The notes beneath the pieces were generated by a model. The model had not been told where the DNA came from. It saw only the letters and a program-made list of their open reading frames with translations, and did not search any database. From positions 64,001 through 128,000 of the IMG/VR virus record IMGVR_UViG_3300035502_001274: 64,000 nt of DNA; one strand, given 5' to 3'. The translations under genes were made by a program, and so were the position numbers. Of this stretch, positions 40,460 to 51,118 are shown in pieces; the first letter of the stretch is position 1, and each line of letters begins with the position of its first letter. Source of the DNA: a virus. Taxonomy: Duplodnaviria > Caudoviricetes.

Positions 40460-41263
40460 ATGGCATCGACAAATACGACTACGGTCACTACAGAAGACCT
40501 CGAGAAGATCTATAAGGTCTGCTATCTGGTGCTCTCCAAGTTGAAGGGCAAAACGGACCTAAGTAAGAAGAGCTGGCCCACTATTCTCTTCTCTGTGATC
40601 TGCGTCTTGGGTATGATTGGAACCTTGGTGTTCTACATCATCACGTCCAAGATTGCGCCGCTGATGATCTATATGGCATGCGCCATTCCTGTGTTGGCTT
40701 TCGGATTGGCACAGTTCAGCAAGAACCTGGAGACGCTCAATAAAGAGTATAGTGAATACTCTGCGGCCATGTCCAAGTTGCTGCTTGCACTGACCAACAG
40801 CTCCACCGAAAATGTGGACGAACTGACCAGGGGATTGGCTGCCTTGATCTGCGCTGCCACCACCGTGGTAGATTCCAAGGTAGACAAGGTCACCTTTGGA
40901 GATCTGACCCAGATGGACCAGTATAAAGAGGCGCATGTTCTTGCGGAGAATCTGGCCACTGTCAAAGAGACCATTGCTGGTCTCAAGAAGGAAGGTCTCG
41001 ATGTCGAAACTTTATTGGCATCGCTGGACGAAACTTCCTCTACGGAGATTGAGCAAACGTACAGCGAGCTTACCAATATGCTCGATAATATGACGGGTCA
41101 GGGTGTAGATACGGGCACCTCTTCCAAAACCGATAATTCGACCAAAGATGTGTCTCAGACGTCGGAATCTGCTGATGTCTCAGAGAGCGTTTCTGAATCT
41201 GAGTCACATATCATTGAAGTAGAAGATGACGATTCTCGCGAAGATTTGAGTATCGTCGTTTAA
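40460..41263 (+). CDS. late membrane protein, two TM helices (holin-like candidate)
   Basis: Late promoter 40420-40431; two hydrophobic helices followed by acidic tail. Confidence 0.55.
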   Translation: MASTNTTTVTTEDLEKIYKVCYLVLSKLKGKTDLSKKSWPTILFSVICVLGMIGTLVFYIITSKIAPLMIYMACAIPVLAFGLAQFSKNLETLNKEYSEYSAAMSKLLLALTNSSTENVDELTRGLAALICAATTVVDSKVDKVTFGDLTQMDQYKEAHVLAENLATVKETIAGLKKEGLDVETLLASLDETSSTEIEQTYSELTNMLDNMTGQGVDTGTSSKTDNSTKDVSQTSESADVSESVSESESHIIEVEDDDSREDLSIVV

Positions 41264-41293
41264 TCATTTACATGCAGAAAGGACGAATCTAAA

Positions 41294-42262
41294 ATGGCAG
41301 ACATCGTAAACGGAAAGAAGATCGATCGTAAGAAAGATCTCTACAACCACGTGGCGTTCAGCGACCTGTACGCCTACAATGACCCCATCTCTAGCATCTT
41401 AGACCTTTCCAAGACCATCATTAGTAGATACATTGAGAAAGGAATCAACGCACTCAACGTGAAAGGGCCGGCCGTCTTTACCCGTGATAAGCTGGTGAAG
41501 ATCCCCGTAGATCAACTCCGCGATGAAGAGGCCGACCCTGAGAATCCGATGGAGATCTATTTCTCCGTCATGCAGATCATCGAACCCTATGATATTGGGA
41601 TGAGCGATGAAACCCGTTCCAAGATCTTTGAGCGGCTAATGAAGTTCATTACCATCGGCCTGTATCCTCTGGTGTCCGCGCCCATGAGTGAGGACAGCAT
41701 CTACGACACCTTCGAGAAATATGACGGCCTGACTCCCGAACGGGAGATCATCGGCACCATCGTGGATGCCAACATGATTGGCAAATCCATCTATGCAACC
41801 ATTATGTGGAGCATCGACTACGCCAACGATCTCAATGAGGAGACGCTCTATAATAAGGCCGGCGAACTGCGCCTGCGTGACATGACTGCGACGCCTGTGG
41901 TCTGGAAAGAGCGGGATAGCGCTGAAGTTACCAACTTTGGAATTCCCATCTACGAGTTCAGTCCCATGCGGATGACTTTGGCTGTTATCAATCACACCGA
42001 AGGCTTCAGCGATTACATCAATGAGGCCGTAGTGACCGGCAATCTGCGTCTGGACTTTGTGGACCACATGCTGCAACAGTGCAACCAGACTATGTCTGAG
42101 ATCACTAAGCGCATGATTGAACAGCCTGACCCTGAGCCAGCCGAAGTTCCCGACGTTCCGGTCATTGATGCAAGGGTGACCAACGAGTTTGGACATCGGA
42201 TGCGTCTTTATGATGACCCGGACGACTTCACTGGCGTCTATGATGACGAACCTATTATCTGA
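41294..42262 (+). CDS. hypothetical protein
   Basis: 322 aa, AAGGA RBS. Confidence 0.75.
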   Translation: MADIVNGKKIDRKKDLYNHVAFSDLYAYNDPISSILDLSKTIISRYIEKGINALNVKGPAVFTRDKLVKIPVDQLRDEEADPENPMEIYFSVMQIIEPYDIGMSDETRSKIFERLMKFITIGLYPLVSAPMSEDSIYDTFEKYDGLTPEREIIGTIVDANMIGKSIYATIMWSIDYANDLNEETLYNKAGELRLRDMTATPVVWKERDSAEVTNFGIPIYEFSPMRMTLAVINHTEGFSDYINEAVVTGNLRLDFVDHMLQQCNQTMSEITKRMIEQPDPEPAEVPDVPVIDARVTNEFGHRMRLYDDPDDFTGVYDDEPII

Positions 42263-42333
42263 GCAACCAATGAAAGGACTCAACCTACCTTGGGTTGAGT
42301 CCTTTCCTAGTAAATTCACCTGGAGGAAATCCT

Positions 42334-42522
42334 ATGGATATAGATACCATTTACACATTCATACTCGTTTTTGTGGGCATGATAATCTTTGCAGGGTGCT
42401 TCATTGAAGAGTTCAAGCAAGGCCGTGATGTTGCAGCTATCTGCTATGCCATCGTCTCTATTGCACTGGCAGTTATGGCCATTGGCGTTACAGTTTTCGC
42501 GATTTGGAATGGAGCTATCTGA
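42334..42522 (+). CDS. small membrane protein
   Basis: GGAGG RBS; two hydrophobic helices. Confidence 0.6.
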   Translation: MDIDTIYTFILVFVGMIIFAGCFIEEFKQGRDVAAICYAIVSIALAVMAIGVTVFAIWNGAI

Positions 42523-42523
42523 G

Positions 42524-42724
42524 ATGTACATAGAAGTGATCATAGGCTTTATCGTGATAGTGGTCCTATCCTTTATAGTGGGAGTGATTGCCTATCTCTA
42601 TAATAGGGTCAGATTCCATCGGGACTTTTATAACTCGCTCTTCTGGGGTGTTATCCTGGGAGTGGGACTTTTCACGCTCATTATGCTGGCCATGCTGATC
42701 TTAGCTTACTTTAAACCCGTCTAG
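42524..42724 (+). CDS. small membrane protein
   Basis: Two hydrophobic helices, directly follows previous stop. Confidence 0.6.
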   Translation: MYIEVIIGFIVIVVLSFIVGVIAYLYNRVRFHRDFYNSLFWGVILGVGLFTLIMLAMLILAYFKPV

Positions 42725-42749
42725 TCGTGGATTTCATCCGCATATCATT

Positions 42750-43022
42750 TTAGTGTAATAGATGAACCTAATAAGACGGGGATGAATCCTAGCGGGAGTT
42801 AGGGGCCGGTGATATCAGTAGTCATTACAAAGAAACTGCTGTCCTTCGCAGAATCTTGATCGGGTAAACGGATGTTGCCTCACTATGCAGAGTGAGCTGA
42901 GCAAGGTGAAATGATATATCCTGCTCCTTCCGCAATCTACCCACGAATTTCCATCCTGATCAAGATGACGCCGAGGCCGCCTTGGGCTTAACCCTTGGAC
43001 TTCAGCAGTTTCTTTTTTTTTT
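42750..43022 (+). ncRNA. candidate structured ncRNA
   Basis: ATATCAT at 42742-42748, no RBS/ORF, AAGAAACTGCTG/CAGCAGTTTCTT and ATCTTGATCGGG/CCTGATCAAGAT helices, ends in a long T run. Confidence 0.55.
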
Positions 43023-43108
43023 GGCCTTATGAAGCTCTCAACCAGAATTTAAAGATTCCGTGGATTGACTTATTCAAATCCTTTGCAGAAAGGAGAATCT
43101 CACAAGAA

Positions 43109-43618
43109 ATGGACGAGAAGAAACTGAGTTTGGAAGACGTTAAGAGAGCACTGGAAGATCCTTCCGTCAAAGGAAGTTCTGCTAGCAATCTCATTCAGAA
43201 TATCTCTAATATCTTGGGTATTCAAGATCTGGAAGCTGTCGACCAGAGTGAAACCGACAGAGTTCGCCACATCTATTTCCAGGCCATTCGCCTGGAAGCA
43301 GATGACTGGACAGACATGCCGGGTACTGGTCCTCAGAAGGGCATTACGACGTACGTCCAGTTGGCTCCCTTCAAGTTGAAGTGGATCCCCGATGGCACAT
43401 CATTGGTAGCAGACGTGTTGATCGATAAGACGGACTTTGAAGCAGAATGCTTCGATAAATACATTCAGGGCATGGCCGTGAGAGGCAAGAATATCATCTT
43501 CTATGCGACTGCTGCCATTCCGGTGGATATCGTGATTGGGCTGAAATGCGTGGATGCAAATGGCAATGCTGTATTTGTGCCCGATGAATGCTACCGCAAG
43601 AAAAATACGAAAGGGTGA
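43109..43618 (+). CDS. tail-fibre-associated domain protein
   Basis: AACC-N6-TA upstream; W...YVQ...ADV...IIFYATAAIPVDIVI resembles fibre accessory domains. Confidence 0.45.
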   Translation: MDEKKLSLEDVKRALEDPSVKGSSASNLIQNISNILGIQDLEAVDQSETDRVRHIYFQAIRLEADDWTDMPGTGPQKGITTYVQLAPFKLKWIPDGTSLVADVLIDKTDFEAECFDKYIQGMAVRGKNIIFYATAAIPVDIVIGLKCVDANGNAVFVPDECYRKKNTKG

Positions 43619-43667
43619 TTGCGCAGGCAATCACCCATTTTAACACCACCTTAACGTGTAAATCTCA

Positions 43668-45020
43668 ATGGAAAGCGGTGAATTCTTCACTATGGAAAGT
43701 ATTTATACATTGGGAACCAGCAGTGCATCTCATACCTACGGCAACGTAGCGTCTTGGATCAAAGAATACCTGCTGGACTATTTTCCGCAGAACTTTTTCA
43801 CCTATACTTACATCGATTCTAAGGTGGCATGGAAGAATATTGCGGAGGTTCTGGGCAATGGCGAAGATGAGATCAAGAAACGGCATTATCCCTTCATGAT
43901 CATTACGCCCCGCTTCAATCAAAATCCCTCCGATAACTTTATGGCCAATACGCCTCTGACCATCAACATGGACAACACGGTATCGGGCTTGAGACGGAAT
44001 ACGCTCTTTCCGCTCATTGAAGACCGGAAACGGCAGATCGAATTGGCCTATAAGCTCAACGTAGACCGCATCGAGTTTGAAGTGGAGCTGAGACTGCTCA
44101 GTTTGGCACAGCAGCTGGATGTCTATAAGAATCTCCAGAATCAGATCATCTGGGATAGACCGTACTTGATCAACGTTGCCCTGGAATCCATGATTCCCAA
44201 AGCTATGATTGAGTATATTGGCAAGATTGCAGGCATCGATATCACACAATCGACGCCTGAGAGCAATCAAGTGCCCCTGATCATGCACTATCTCAACGGC
44301 CATTCTCGGCTGCCTGTCACCTACAAGGTGAGAAACTCGACCTCGGTTGATGAGTTCTTCATGTATTACCGAACCAGAATGCTCTTGGATTTCTCTGAGC
44401 TGAATCTGGGCGATGGCATGAAGAAGAACTCCATCAGTGAATACTATACTCTGACCTTCAGAGTTACCACAGAATTCAAACTGCCTGGACTTTATGCGCT
44501 CATTGGTGACCATTATCGGAAATACAATGGGCTGAAGTTCGATTCGGTGGTTTCCACACCCAGCATCGGTGGCTTGGACATGATCCCACTCTATACTTAC
44601 ACCAATCTATATGATAGAGATGACATGAATTCCGCCGATGGCTTCCAATTCTATACTTCAACCATCGTCCAGACTGACAAGGACAAGGCTGGGCAAGATG
44701 AGATTATCAAGTTGAATGAGATTGTGCCCACTGACCATATGGCGGTGCTGAATAAGCTCATTCATGACAATGTAACTCCTGAGACCATCTTCCGCTTCCG
44801 ATTGATCAAGAACTCCCATGAGCTGTTGGTCAACTGCGGAAATGAAGAATACGTCACTCCCTGTGAATGGGAGATTGATTGGCATAGAAAACGCATCGTC
44901 ATTCACAATACAGATCCAACGGCAACTTATCGGATTCTGACATATGCCAACTTGGTTCAGATCAACCAGAAGTATGGCGAGATGCAGGATCATATCAAGA
45001 GAGACGTTGGCAAAATCTAA
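43668..45020 (+). CDS. virion structural protein (tail/neck type)
   Basis: Late promoter 43642-43653; 450 aa. Confidence 0.6.
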   Translation: MESGEFFTMESIYTLGTSSASHTYGNVASWIKEYLLDYFPQNFFTYTYIDSKVAWKNIAEVLGNGEDEIKKRHYPFMIITPRFNQNPSDNFMANTPLTINMDNTVSGLRRNTLFPLIEDRKRQIELAYKLNVDRIEFEVELRLLSLAQQLDVYKNLQNQIIWDRPYLINVALESMIPKAMIEYIGKIAGIDITQSTPESNQVPLIMHYLNGHSRLPVTYKVRNSTSVDEFFMYYRTRMLLDFSELNLGDGMKKNSISEYYTLTFRVTTEFKLPGLYALIGDHYRKYNGLKFDSVVSTPSIGGLDMIPLYTYTNLYDRDDMNSADGFQFYTSTIVQTDKDKAGQDEIIKLNEIVPTDHMAVLNKLIHDNVTPETIFRFRLIKNSHELLVNCGNEEYVTPCEWEIDWHRKRIVIHNTDPTATYRILTYANLVQINQKYGEMQDHIKRDVGKI

Positions 45021-45117
45021 AATAAGCCCCCATTTCATGGACTGAAATAGTTCGTGAAATGGGGCTTTTAGGCGTATATTATTTACTTGACAATGCCAAA
45101 GAAAGGAGTATTAAAAT

Positions 45118-45870
45118 ATGGCAGTAAAAGATCTATATGTACCCTATGAGGACTTCAAAGAGTTAGTCCATCAAACAGAAAGCGGCCTGATGCGTGAGAT
45201 GATCAGACGCTTCACCACGCAGTTGGAGCAGAGATGTCGCATTGGCGACGATGACCTGCATCGCCTCGATGACATCACCAGCTGTTATCTCATGTACTAT
45301 CCCTTCACATCTCCCTTTGACCCGGAAAGATGCTGGTCTACCAGTTCTCGCTATGTGAAAGAGCGCGAGTGGTTGGAGGACCACAAAGGCGCACTTGACA
45401 CCTACACCGAGCTGCCCATCTTTGTAGAAGGCAATCGATTTGCCAATTACTACGAGAGAAGGCTCAAGTACTTCATCTCCAGCGCTATGAATCAGGAAGA
45501 GCTGGCGGCCGTTGAGGATTATCCAGTACTGCTGAATCAGGGCAGAAACTGCGCACTTGTCCTCAAGAATACCGAGCATCTCATTGAGGATCTGCAAGTC
45601 TCCAAGTATGGATATCTCTACTTCAGAGACCGTCATGAAAGCGTTATCCAGACAATCAACGGCTCTTATCTGCGGCCCAATAGCGCCGAAGATCTGTCCG
45701 ATTGTCCTGTATATTTCCTGAGCTGGATGCAGCTAGCCGAACCTAAGATCCCCAATCCCGACCGCTATATGACGGCAGTTCACTTCAAGGGCGAGATTGA
45801 GCAGCGCCTGGAAGACCAGCTCAGAATGGGATGTACGACGCTCTATCCTTATCAGTGGCTGGAGTATTAA
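45118..45870 (+). CDS. hypothetical protein
   Basis: ATATTAT 45076-45082, AAGGAG RBS. Confidence 0.75.
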   Translation: MAVKDLYVPYEDFKELVHQTESGLMREMIRRFTTQLEQRCRIGDDDLHRLDDITSCYLMYYPFTSPFDPERCWSTSSRYVKEREWLEDHKGALDTYTELPIFVEGNRFANYYERRLKYFISSAMNQEELAAVEDYPVLLNQGRNCALVLKNTEHLIEDLQVSKYGYLYFRDRHESVIQTINGSYLRPNSAEDLSDCPVYFLSWMQLAEPKIPNPDRYMTAVHFKGEIEQRLEDQLRMGCTTLYPYQWLEY

Positions 45871-45913
45871 GCAAATATCATTTCAGTAGAAAATCCTGAA
45901 AGGAGTTCATTCA

Positions 45914-47908
45914 ATGAAAAGACACGAAAGCATGCTGGAGTTCCAGAAGAGACTGATTCGCGTAGCGCTCCGGTCTCCCAGAAAGGAGGCAATGAACCTG
46001 CTCGGAATCGTCTGGAGCAATCTGGAGGAATTCATCAGAGTACGGATTCCACTGGACGACCACAAAGAAGATCTGATTCCCAAGTTCTTCGAAACGCTTG
46101 AGCTGTTTGATTCCGCCATTCAGCGCAAGTTTCCCAATCTCTACATGAGCAACGACCTTGACAAGGCGGACGATGCTCGAGAGATCATCTATGGATGCGC
46201 TCCCGATGCGAGTCCAGCGGAGCGTCATGAAGCCGCCAAAGCCGTCAGGGACGAGCTTTGCAATGCTGATAATCCGATCGGCCTCTTTAGAAATGGGATG
46301 TTCTATCACGTCAACTTTGTAGATAGACTCCTGTCAGAAGACGGCGAAGGGCTCTGCGTGGGCTGGTATCTGATCGAGGGAGACTCTGCCAAAATTGGGC
46401 CTCCTGAGAACACAGAGGACGAGCTGGAGTCCTTCATGCAAATCAGCAACTGGACCAGATCCAGAATGAGCGCGTTCCCCGATGTCAAGTTCTCGTTCGT
46501 GCCGACGGAATTTGATGACTGCCCGCAATTCGAGTATGAGAAAGGCGACCCTGATATCATGCCGTCCGGCATTCTGCGCTATACCATCAGCTACAGGAAT
46601 CCGCTCTTCCTGTGCTTTGATCAGGTTGCAAAGAAGATCCTGACAAGCGGAGAGCAGATCATTGACGATGGTATGGACTATGAGGCCGATCCGAGTGATC
46701 TCGAGAGTCTCCGGAGCTGCATCGTCGACTGCAAACGGGGCGTGAATACCAAGTTCGAGATGATCAGAACCGGATTCCGTGATGAAAACCTGTTCATCAA
46801 GCACCTGTATGCGAAGCTGTTTGGCATCGATTATGAGTCCAATAAGCTTACGGAAACCCACGAAGTTGTCAAACTTGCTCAGAAGATCCACCGGGGCAAG
46901 AAGAGCAGCGTTCTGAATGAGGCCTGGATGACCATTTACAGAACTGGCGAAGACTTCACTGATGCCAATTATGCGTTCATCATGTTGATTGCGGCGTTGC
47001 TGGGCCCCGATGCGCATTTCCTCATCGAGTGCAGAGCCAGAGGCGATGAGAAGAATAATCTGCTGCTGATGGACGCGCTGAAGTACTTCGATGCTGATGT
47101 GCATCTGATGGCCAACGGTTATGGCGGCTATAAAGTCCATGCGAAGATCTGGACGTTTGCCATGACCAAAAATCATACGGGTAAGGATGCTGAGCGTAAA
47201 GACCGCGTTTATCTGACGGCGTATTCGACCGGCAACTACGTGGAAAGTGCGCAGCATGGATTCTCCGACACGATTCTGATCGAGGAGTTTACCGCAAGAT
47301 ATCCCGCAGACCAGCCCGATTCTATGAAGTTCTGGAACGAGGTAGGCTTCCCCAAGAAGACGGTTATCGATCCAAATCCAGATCCGGATAAACCGACGTT
47401 GGACTGGAAGCCTGGTACGATCAGAAAGCGGCTTCTGGAACAGATCAAAGCCTCTACAGCTATGGCCAATCTCATCACGTTGAGCGGCGAGTCTCGTGAT
47501 CGGGATTATCCGTTCATCTTCATCAAGGTCAATCATCTGACCGATAAGAAGATCATCAAAGCACTGAAGGAAGCCGCTAAAGCTGGCGTTCTGGTCAACA
47601 TCATTGTGCGGACGACCTGCACGATCAATACCCAGGCAATACCCAATATTCACGTCAGAAGTGTCATGGGCAAATATCTGGAGCATGACCGGATGTTCCT
47701 GTTTGGCACTGGAAAGGTAGATGAATGCGTGAGAGTCAGACATGCCTACATCAGCACTGCTGATCTGATGCCGCGCAATCTGGATAACCGGATTGAGTTC
47801 ATGAAGCGTGTTGATGGAACGGCTGCAGGTTTCCTGCTTCACGTGTTCCTGACAATGTTTGAGACCAGCAGCATTCCCGAGGCTGGTTTCTTCAATTTCC
47901 CCGTCTAA
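45914..47908 (+). CDS. ppk1: polyphosphate kinase 1 (divergent)
   Basis: MLEFQKRL, SNLEEFIRVR, IECRARGDEKNN, KVHAKI, STGNY, KVNHLTD, GKYLEHDR, ISTADLMPRNLDNRIE. Confidence 0.85.
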   Translation: MKRHESMLEFQKRLIRVALRSPRKEAMNLLGIVWSNLEEFIRVRIPLDDHKEDLIPKFFETLELFDSAIQRKFPNLYMSNDLDKADDAREIIYGCAPDASPAERHEAAKAVRDELCNADNPIGLFRNGMFYHVNFVDRLLSEDGEGLCVGWYLIEGDSAKIGPPENTEDELESFMQISNWTRSRMSAFPDVKFSFVPTEFDDCPQFEYEKGDPDIMPSGILRYTISYRNPLFLCFDQVAKKILTSGEQIIDDGMDYEADPSDLESLRSCIVDCKRGVNTKFEMIRTGFRDENLFIKHLYAKLFGIDYESNKLTETHEVVKLAQKIHRGKKSSVLNEAWMTIYRTGEDFTDANYAFIMLIAALLGPDAHFLIECRARGDEKNNLLLMDALKYFDADVHLMANGYGGYKVHAKIWTFAMTKNHTGKDAERKDRVYLTAYSTGNYVESAQHGFSDTILIEEFTARYPADQPDSMKFWNEVGFPKKTVIDPNPDPDKPTLDWKPGTIRKRLLEQIKASTAMANLITLSGESRDRDYPFIFIKVNHLTDKKIIKALKEAAKAGVLVNIIVRTTCTINTQAIPNIHVRSVMGKYLEHDRMFLFGTGKVDECVRVRHAYISTADLMPRNLDNRIEFMKRVDGTAAGFLLHVFLTMFETSSIPEAGFFNFPV

Positions 47909-48040
47909 TAAGAAAGAGAAGAGTGACTGCAAAGTCACTCTTCTTTTTTTTGCTATCTTGATGTGTTACCGGAACTTCCGATTAACCGCGTTGTAAAATC
48001 ACACGGTTTACATTTCCATAATCGAAGGAGGAAGATAGCC

Positions 48041-48451
48041 ATGGCACTCGGTCAATATCAAAGAATCGAAGTAGGATTCGATCTGGATGATTTCCATAAG
48101 CCGATATGCTACTCTGGCGTTGACGCTTGGGTGCACCAGATTCTCCAATTAGCATTGATTGAACCTGGTACCATCCCTTCGAATCCCACGATCGGCATCG
48201 GCATGAAGCACTATGACTTCTTGATGATGGACGATCGTCGGAAGTTGGCGTCTGAAATCAATCGCCAGACTCCCATTTTCTTTCCCGACATGCCTTTTGA
48301 AAGCTGCACCGTGGATGTCCCGTCCGATGCTACGGCAGATCAGGACATCATCTATCTGTATATGACCTTCATAGTCAATTCTTCTCTAGAGACTGTGGTG
48401 GTTGCAGTTAAGAAGGGCTACCAATACATTGATTTCGCAATTGCTATGTGA
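48041..48451 (+). CDS. baseplate wedge protein, T4 gp25-like
   Basis: EPGTIPSNPTIGIG motif; AACC-N6-TA upstream. Confidence 0.6.
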   Translation: MALGQYQRIEVGFDLDDFHKPICYSGVDAWVHQILQLALIEPGTIPSNPTIGIGMKHYDFLMMDDRRKLASEINRQTPIFFPDMPFESCTVDVPSDATADQDIIYLYMTFIVNSSLETVVVAVKKGYQYIDFAIAM

Positions 48452-48478
48452 GATTGATTCCGAAATGAGGATTGTCTT

Positions 48479-50041
48479 ATGTCTGAAATGATGAATAATG
48501 ACCTGGAGCAGAAAGCTGCTGCCGCGCTGGCACGTGTGAAAACTGCTCAGGTGGAGTCTCCCAACATTGCTCCGCAACCTGACGACACCATTGCCCCGCC
48601 TCCCTCTGAAGAGGAGATGTCGAAGCTTGGTGCCGCAACTTCTACTGAAATCGATAAATCAGTCGCTGCTGATCCCGATGAAGAGACCATCTTTGCGGGT
48701 TCGTCAGCGGTCACTGCTCCCATCACCGAAGATGACGAAAGCGTGATCCTGACCTCTACGGCCAAAGCGCAGTTGGGCGATATGCCCGCTGCTGACCAAG
48801 ACGCGTTCCTCTCTAGTCTAATGCCCGAGATTGCTCAATATAAGAAGCAGCTCATTCTGGAGCAGGGTATGACCCCTGCCGAGGCAAACATCGCCGCTCA
48901 GAATCGGGCCAAGAATAAGGCAGCAGACGCCAAGAAGACCTGGGATGAAGAGCATCCCGAAGGCGTCGTCGTGACCATCGACAAGTCTCAAGAAGATAAA
49001 GTCGAGTTCACCGACGAAGAACGCCAGAAGATGGTCGTTTCCAAAGCGCTCAAACTGGTTGTCATTGAGAGCCAGGAGCTGGAGACGATCAAGGTCAAGC
49101 CCAGCTCTGATACCATCGCCATGACAGAGCTGCGGGACATCTGCGGCTCTCTGAGCCAGTATTCTGTCCCTCTGCTGGAATATGGCGAATATGCCACCTT
49201 CGCTGGTGCTCAGACTGGTGCACTGGCCAACGCCATCACCAATGAAGATGACGACATGCTCGATATTATCGAGAAGAAGGCGTCTCTGCTCTATAAGTAC
49301 TTCGTACGCGGTACTGTGAATTCCCGTACCGTTGTGGAAGGCAGCAAAACTCGGGATATGACCTACGAGGAGTTCTGCAACTGGTACAAGTACGACGACA
49401 TGGATATGGGAGTCTATGCCATCGTGACGGCCTCTGCTATGGAGGTGTCTGAGAGCACCTACAAGTGCCGCAATGAAGAGTGCCAGAAGATGTTTAACGT
49501 CACCTACAATAACAAGTCCCTGCTGGATCTCTCCGGGATTCCTGACGAGTTCAAGCATCGACTGGAAGATGTGGATGCCGCTCGGTCTTCTGCTGATAAG
49601 ATGCGGACGCTCCATGAGCGCTATTCTCATGGCACCCGTGTGAAGTCTCCCGTCTCCAAGAATATCTATGACATCTCTTCCTGCAGTATTGCGGATGCCC
49701 GCAATCGGGTCGAGAAGTGCATGGATCAGCTGGACGGCACCAATCTGATCGACTTGCTGCTGCTCCTGTACATCGAATGCATCTATGTCTATGACCCGGC
49801 CACCGATGACTACGTTCCCAAGAGCGTCCGTGAGCATCCCAGTGAGGCCTTCGATGTGATCTGCCACATTCACCAGGTGGATCTGGAGCTGCTCTACAAG
49901 TTTATCAGTGAGCACAAGTATACACCTTCGTTCAAGATCAAGGTGAAGTGCCCGCATTGCGGCCGCGAATCCGTCGATCCTATGAACGTGGATGATATGA
50001 TTTTTCTCCATGCCCGCGCTTCATTGACGGAGATTCAGTAA
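48479..50041 (+). CDS. baseplate hub assembly protein-like (T4 gp26-like)
   Basis: CRNEEC and C-terminal KCPHCG...MIF; follows gp25-like gene. Confidence 0.5.
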   Translation: MSEMMNNDLEQKAAAALARVKTAQVESPNIAPQPDDTIAPPPSEEEMSKLGAATSTEIDKSVAADPDEETIFAGSSAVTAPITEDDESVILTSTAKAQLGDMPAADQDAFLSSLMPEIAQYKKQLILEQGMTPAEANIAAQNRAKNKAADAKKTWDEEHPEGVVVTIDKSQEDKVEFTDEERQKMVVSKALKLVVIESQELETIKVKPSSDTIAMTELRDICGSLSQYSVPLLEYGEYATFAGAQTGALANAITNEDDDMLDIIEKKASLLYKYFVRGTVNSRTVVEGSKTRDMTYEEFCNWYKYDDMDMGVYAIVTASAMEVSESTYKCRNEECQKMFNVTYNNKSLLDLSGIPDEFKHRLEDVDAARSSADKMRTLHERYSHGTRVKSPVSKNIYDISSCSIADARNRVEKCMDQLDGTNLIDLLLLLYIECIYVYDPATDDYVPKSVREHPSEAFDVICHIHQVDLELLYKFISEHKYTPSFKIKVKCPHCGRESVDPMNVDDMIFLHARASLTEIQ

Positions 50042-50223
50042 TGAAGCGATTCATGGAGTTCGTAGACGACGTACTCGATGAATTTGACGGGCAATTACGA
50101 TATGACGATATTCTCCATATGACCTACAAGGAGATTGGCTACATGAGAGAGCATCGCAAGAAGCATCATCCCAAAGAAGCCAATCAACTTGCCAAAGCGC
50201 TGATGAATGCACCTTCAGCGTAA
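50041..50223 (+). CDS. small baseplate/tail assembly protein
   Basis: TAATG coupling; DDILHMTYKEI motif like small hub-assembly partners. Confidence 0.5.
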   Translation: MKRFMEFVDDVLDEFDGQLRYDDILHMTYKEIGYMREHRKKHHPKEANQLAKALMNAPSA

Positions 50224-50292
50224 CGCACGATCCATGGCGCTTCTTCCTGGCGGGAGAGTATTCGCATAAATAAGGAAGGAGCTAATCCAATT

Positions 50293-50580
50293 ATGCAATC
50301 AGCAAATACTGCCGCTCATTTTCTGAATTTATGCGATCGGCTTGTGATCGTTTCAGAATTGGTGAGCGATGAAAATCATAACCTGATGGGAGAGGTCTTT
50401 GACTCCCTGATGGATAGAGGCTATCCCTGTCTGGCACAGTTCTGCTCAGACGCTTGGGATATCAAGGACGCTGTTCATCTGTCAGTGGACGTCGGTGAAG
50501 AAGACTGCACTTTTGCCGTTACTCACGCAGATGATACGGCCACCTTGCACACTTACGCCAATCTCGATTTGGCGGTCTGA
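50293..50580 (+). CDS. hypothetical protein
   Basis: AAGGAG RBS; 95 aa. Confidence 0.6.
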   Translation: MQSANTAAHFLNLCDRLVIVSELVSDENHNLMGEVFDSLMDRGYPCLAQFCSDAWDIKDAVHLSVDVGEEDCTFAVTHADDTATLHTYANLDLAV

Positions 50581-50624
50581 AAAAAGAGTCTACTAGGAAA
50601 TTCTCCTAGTAGACTCTTTAAATC

Positions 50625-51032
50625 TCAGGTGATGCTGTAAAGATACCACACGAAGGGCAGAATGATGAGCTGAACCGCATGCAGCGTCTGATCGATAATC
50701 AGATTGATGGCATGCTTATTGGCTTTGGCGTCGTCGATCTTATAATGTGTCAGCGCATAGACCAAAACGCAGCAGAGCATCCAAGCTCCATCGATGAATG
50801 CCGGTATTCCCTTCATATAGATCACGTAGACAAGGTAGGGCAGATTGATGGCAATACTCCACTGGAGAGTATGTGCCAGAAGTGCCGCCTTGTAATCATT
50901 CTCGTACATCTCGTTGTAATTGGGCTGGTTCTTCCACCATTCTTGCTGCTTCATAGAAGCCATGATGCCCTGGTGACCGAAATCGTCACGAATGTGCATG
51001 TATACCGAGAGGATAAATAAGACGAACCACAT
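50625..51032 (-). CDS. DUF3307-like membrane protein
   Basis: H..DDF..Q, HTL.W, HYKIDD.K, DQTLH. Confidence 0.7.
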   Translation of the reverse strand: MWFVLFILSVYMHIRDDFGHQGIMASMKQQEWWKNQPNYNEMYENDYKAALLAHTLQWSIAINLPYLVYVIYMKGIPAFIDGAWMLCCVLVYALTHYKIDDAKANKHAINLIIDQTLHAVQLIILPFVWYLYSIT

Positions 51033-51118
51033 AAGAGTTCCTCCTTTCACGTAATTAACGACTTTGCTATTCACATATTATTTAGGTGAGTCAAGTTAAA
51101 TAAAGGAGGTTTACTTTT

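Noticed and set aside
42830-43013. Firm call as 6S RNA, SRP RNA or T-box
   Set aside because: No diagnostic sequence motifs recognised; kept only as an unassigned ncRNA candidate
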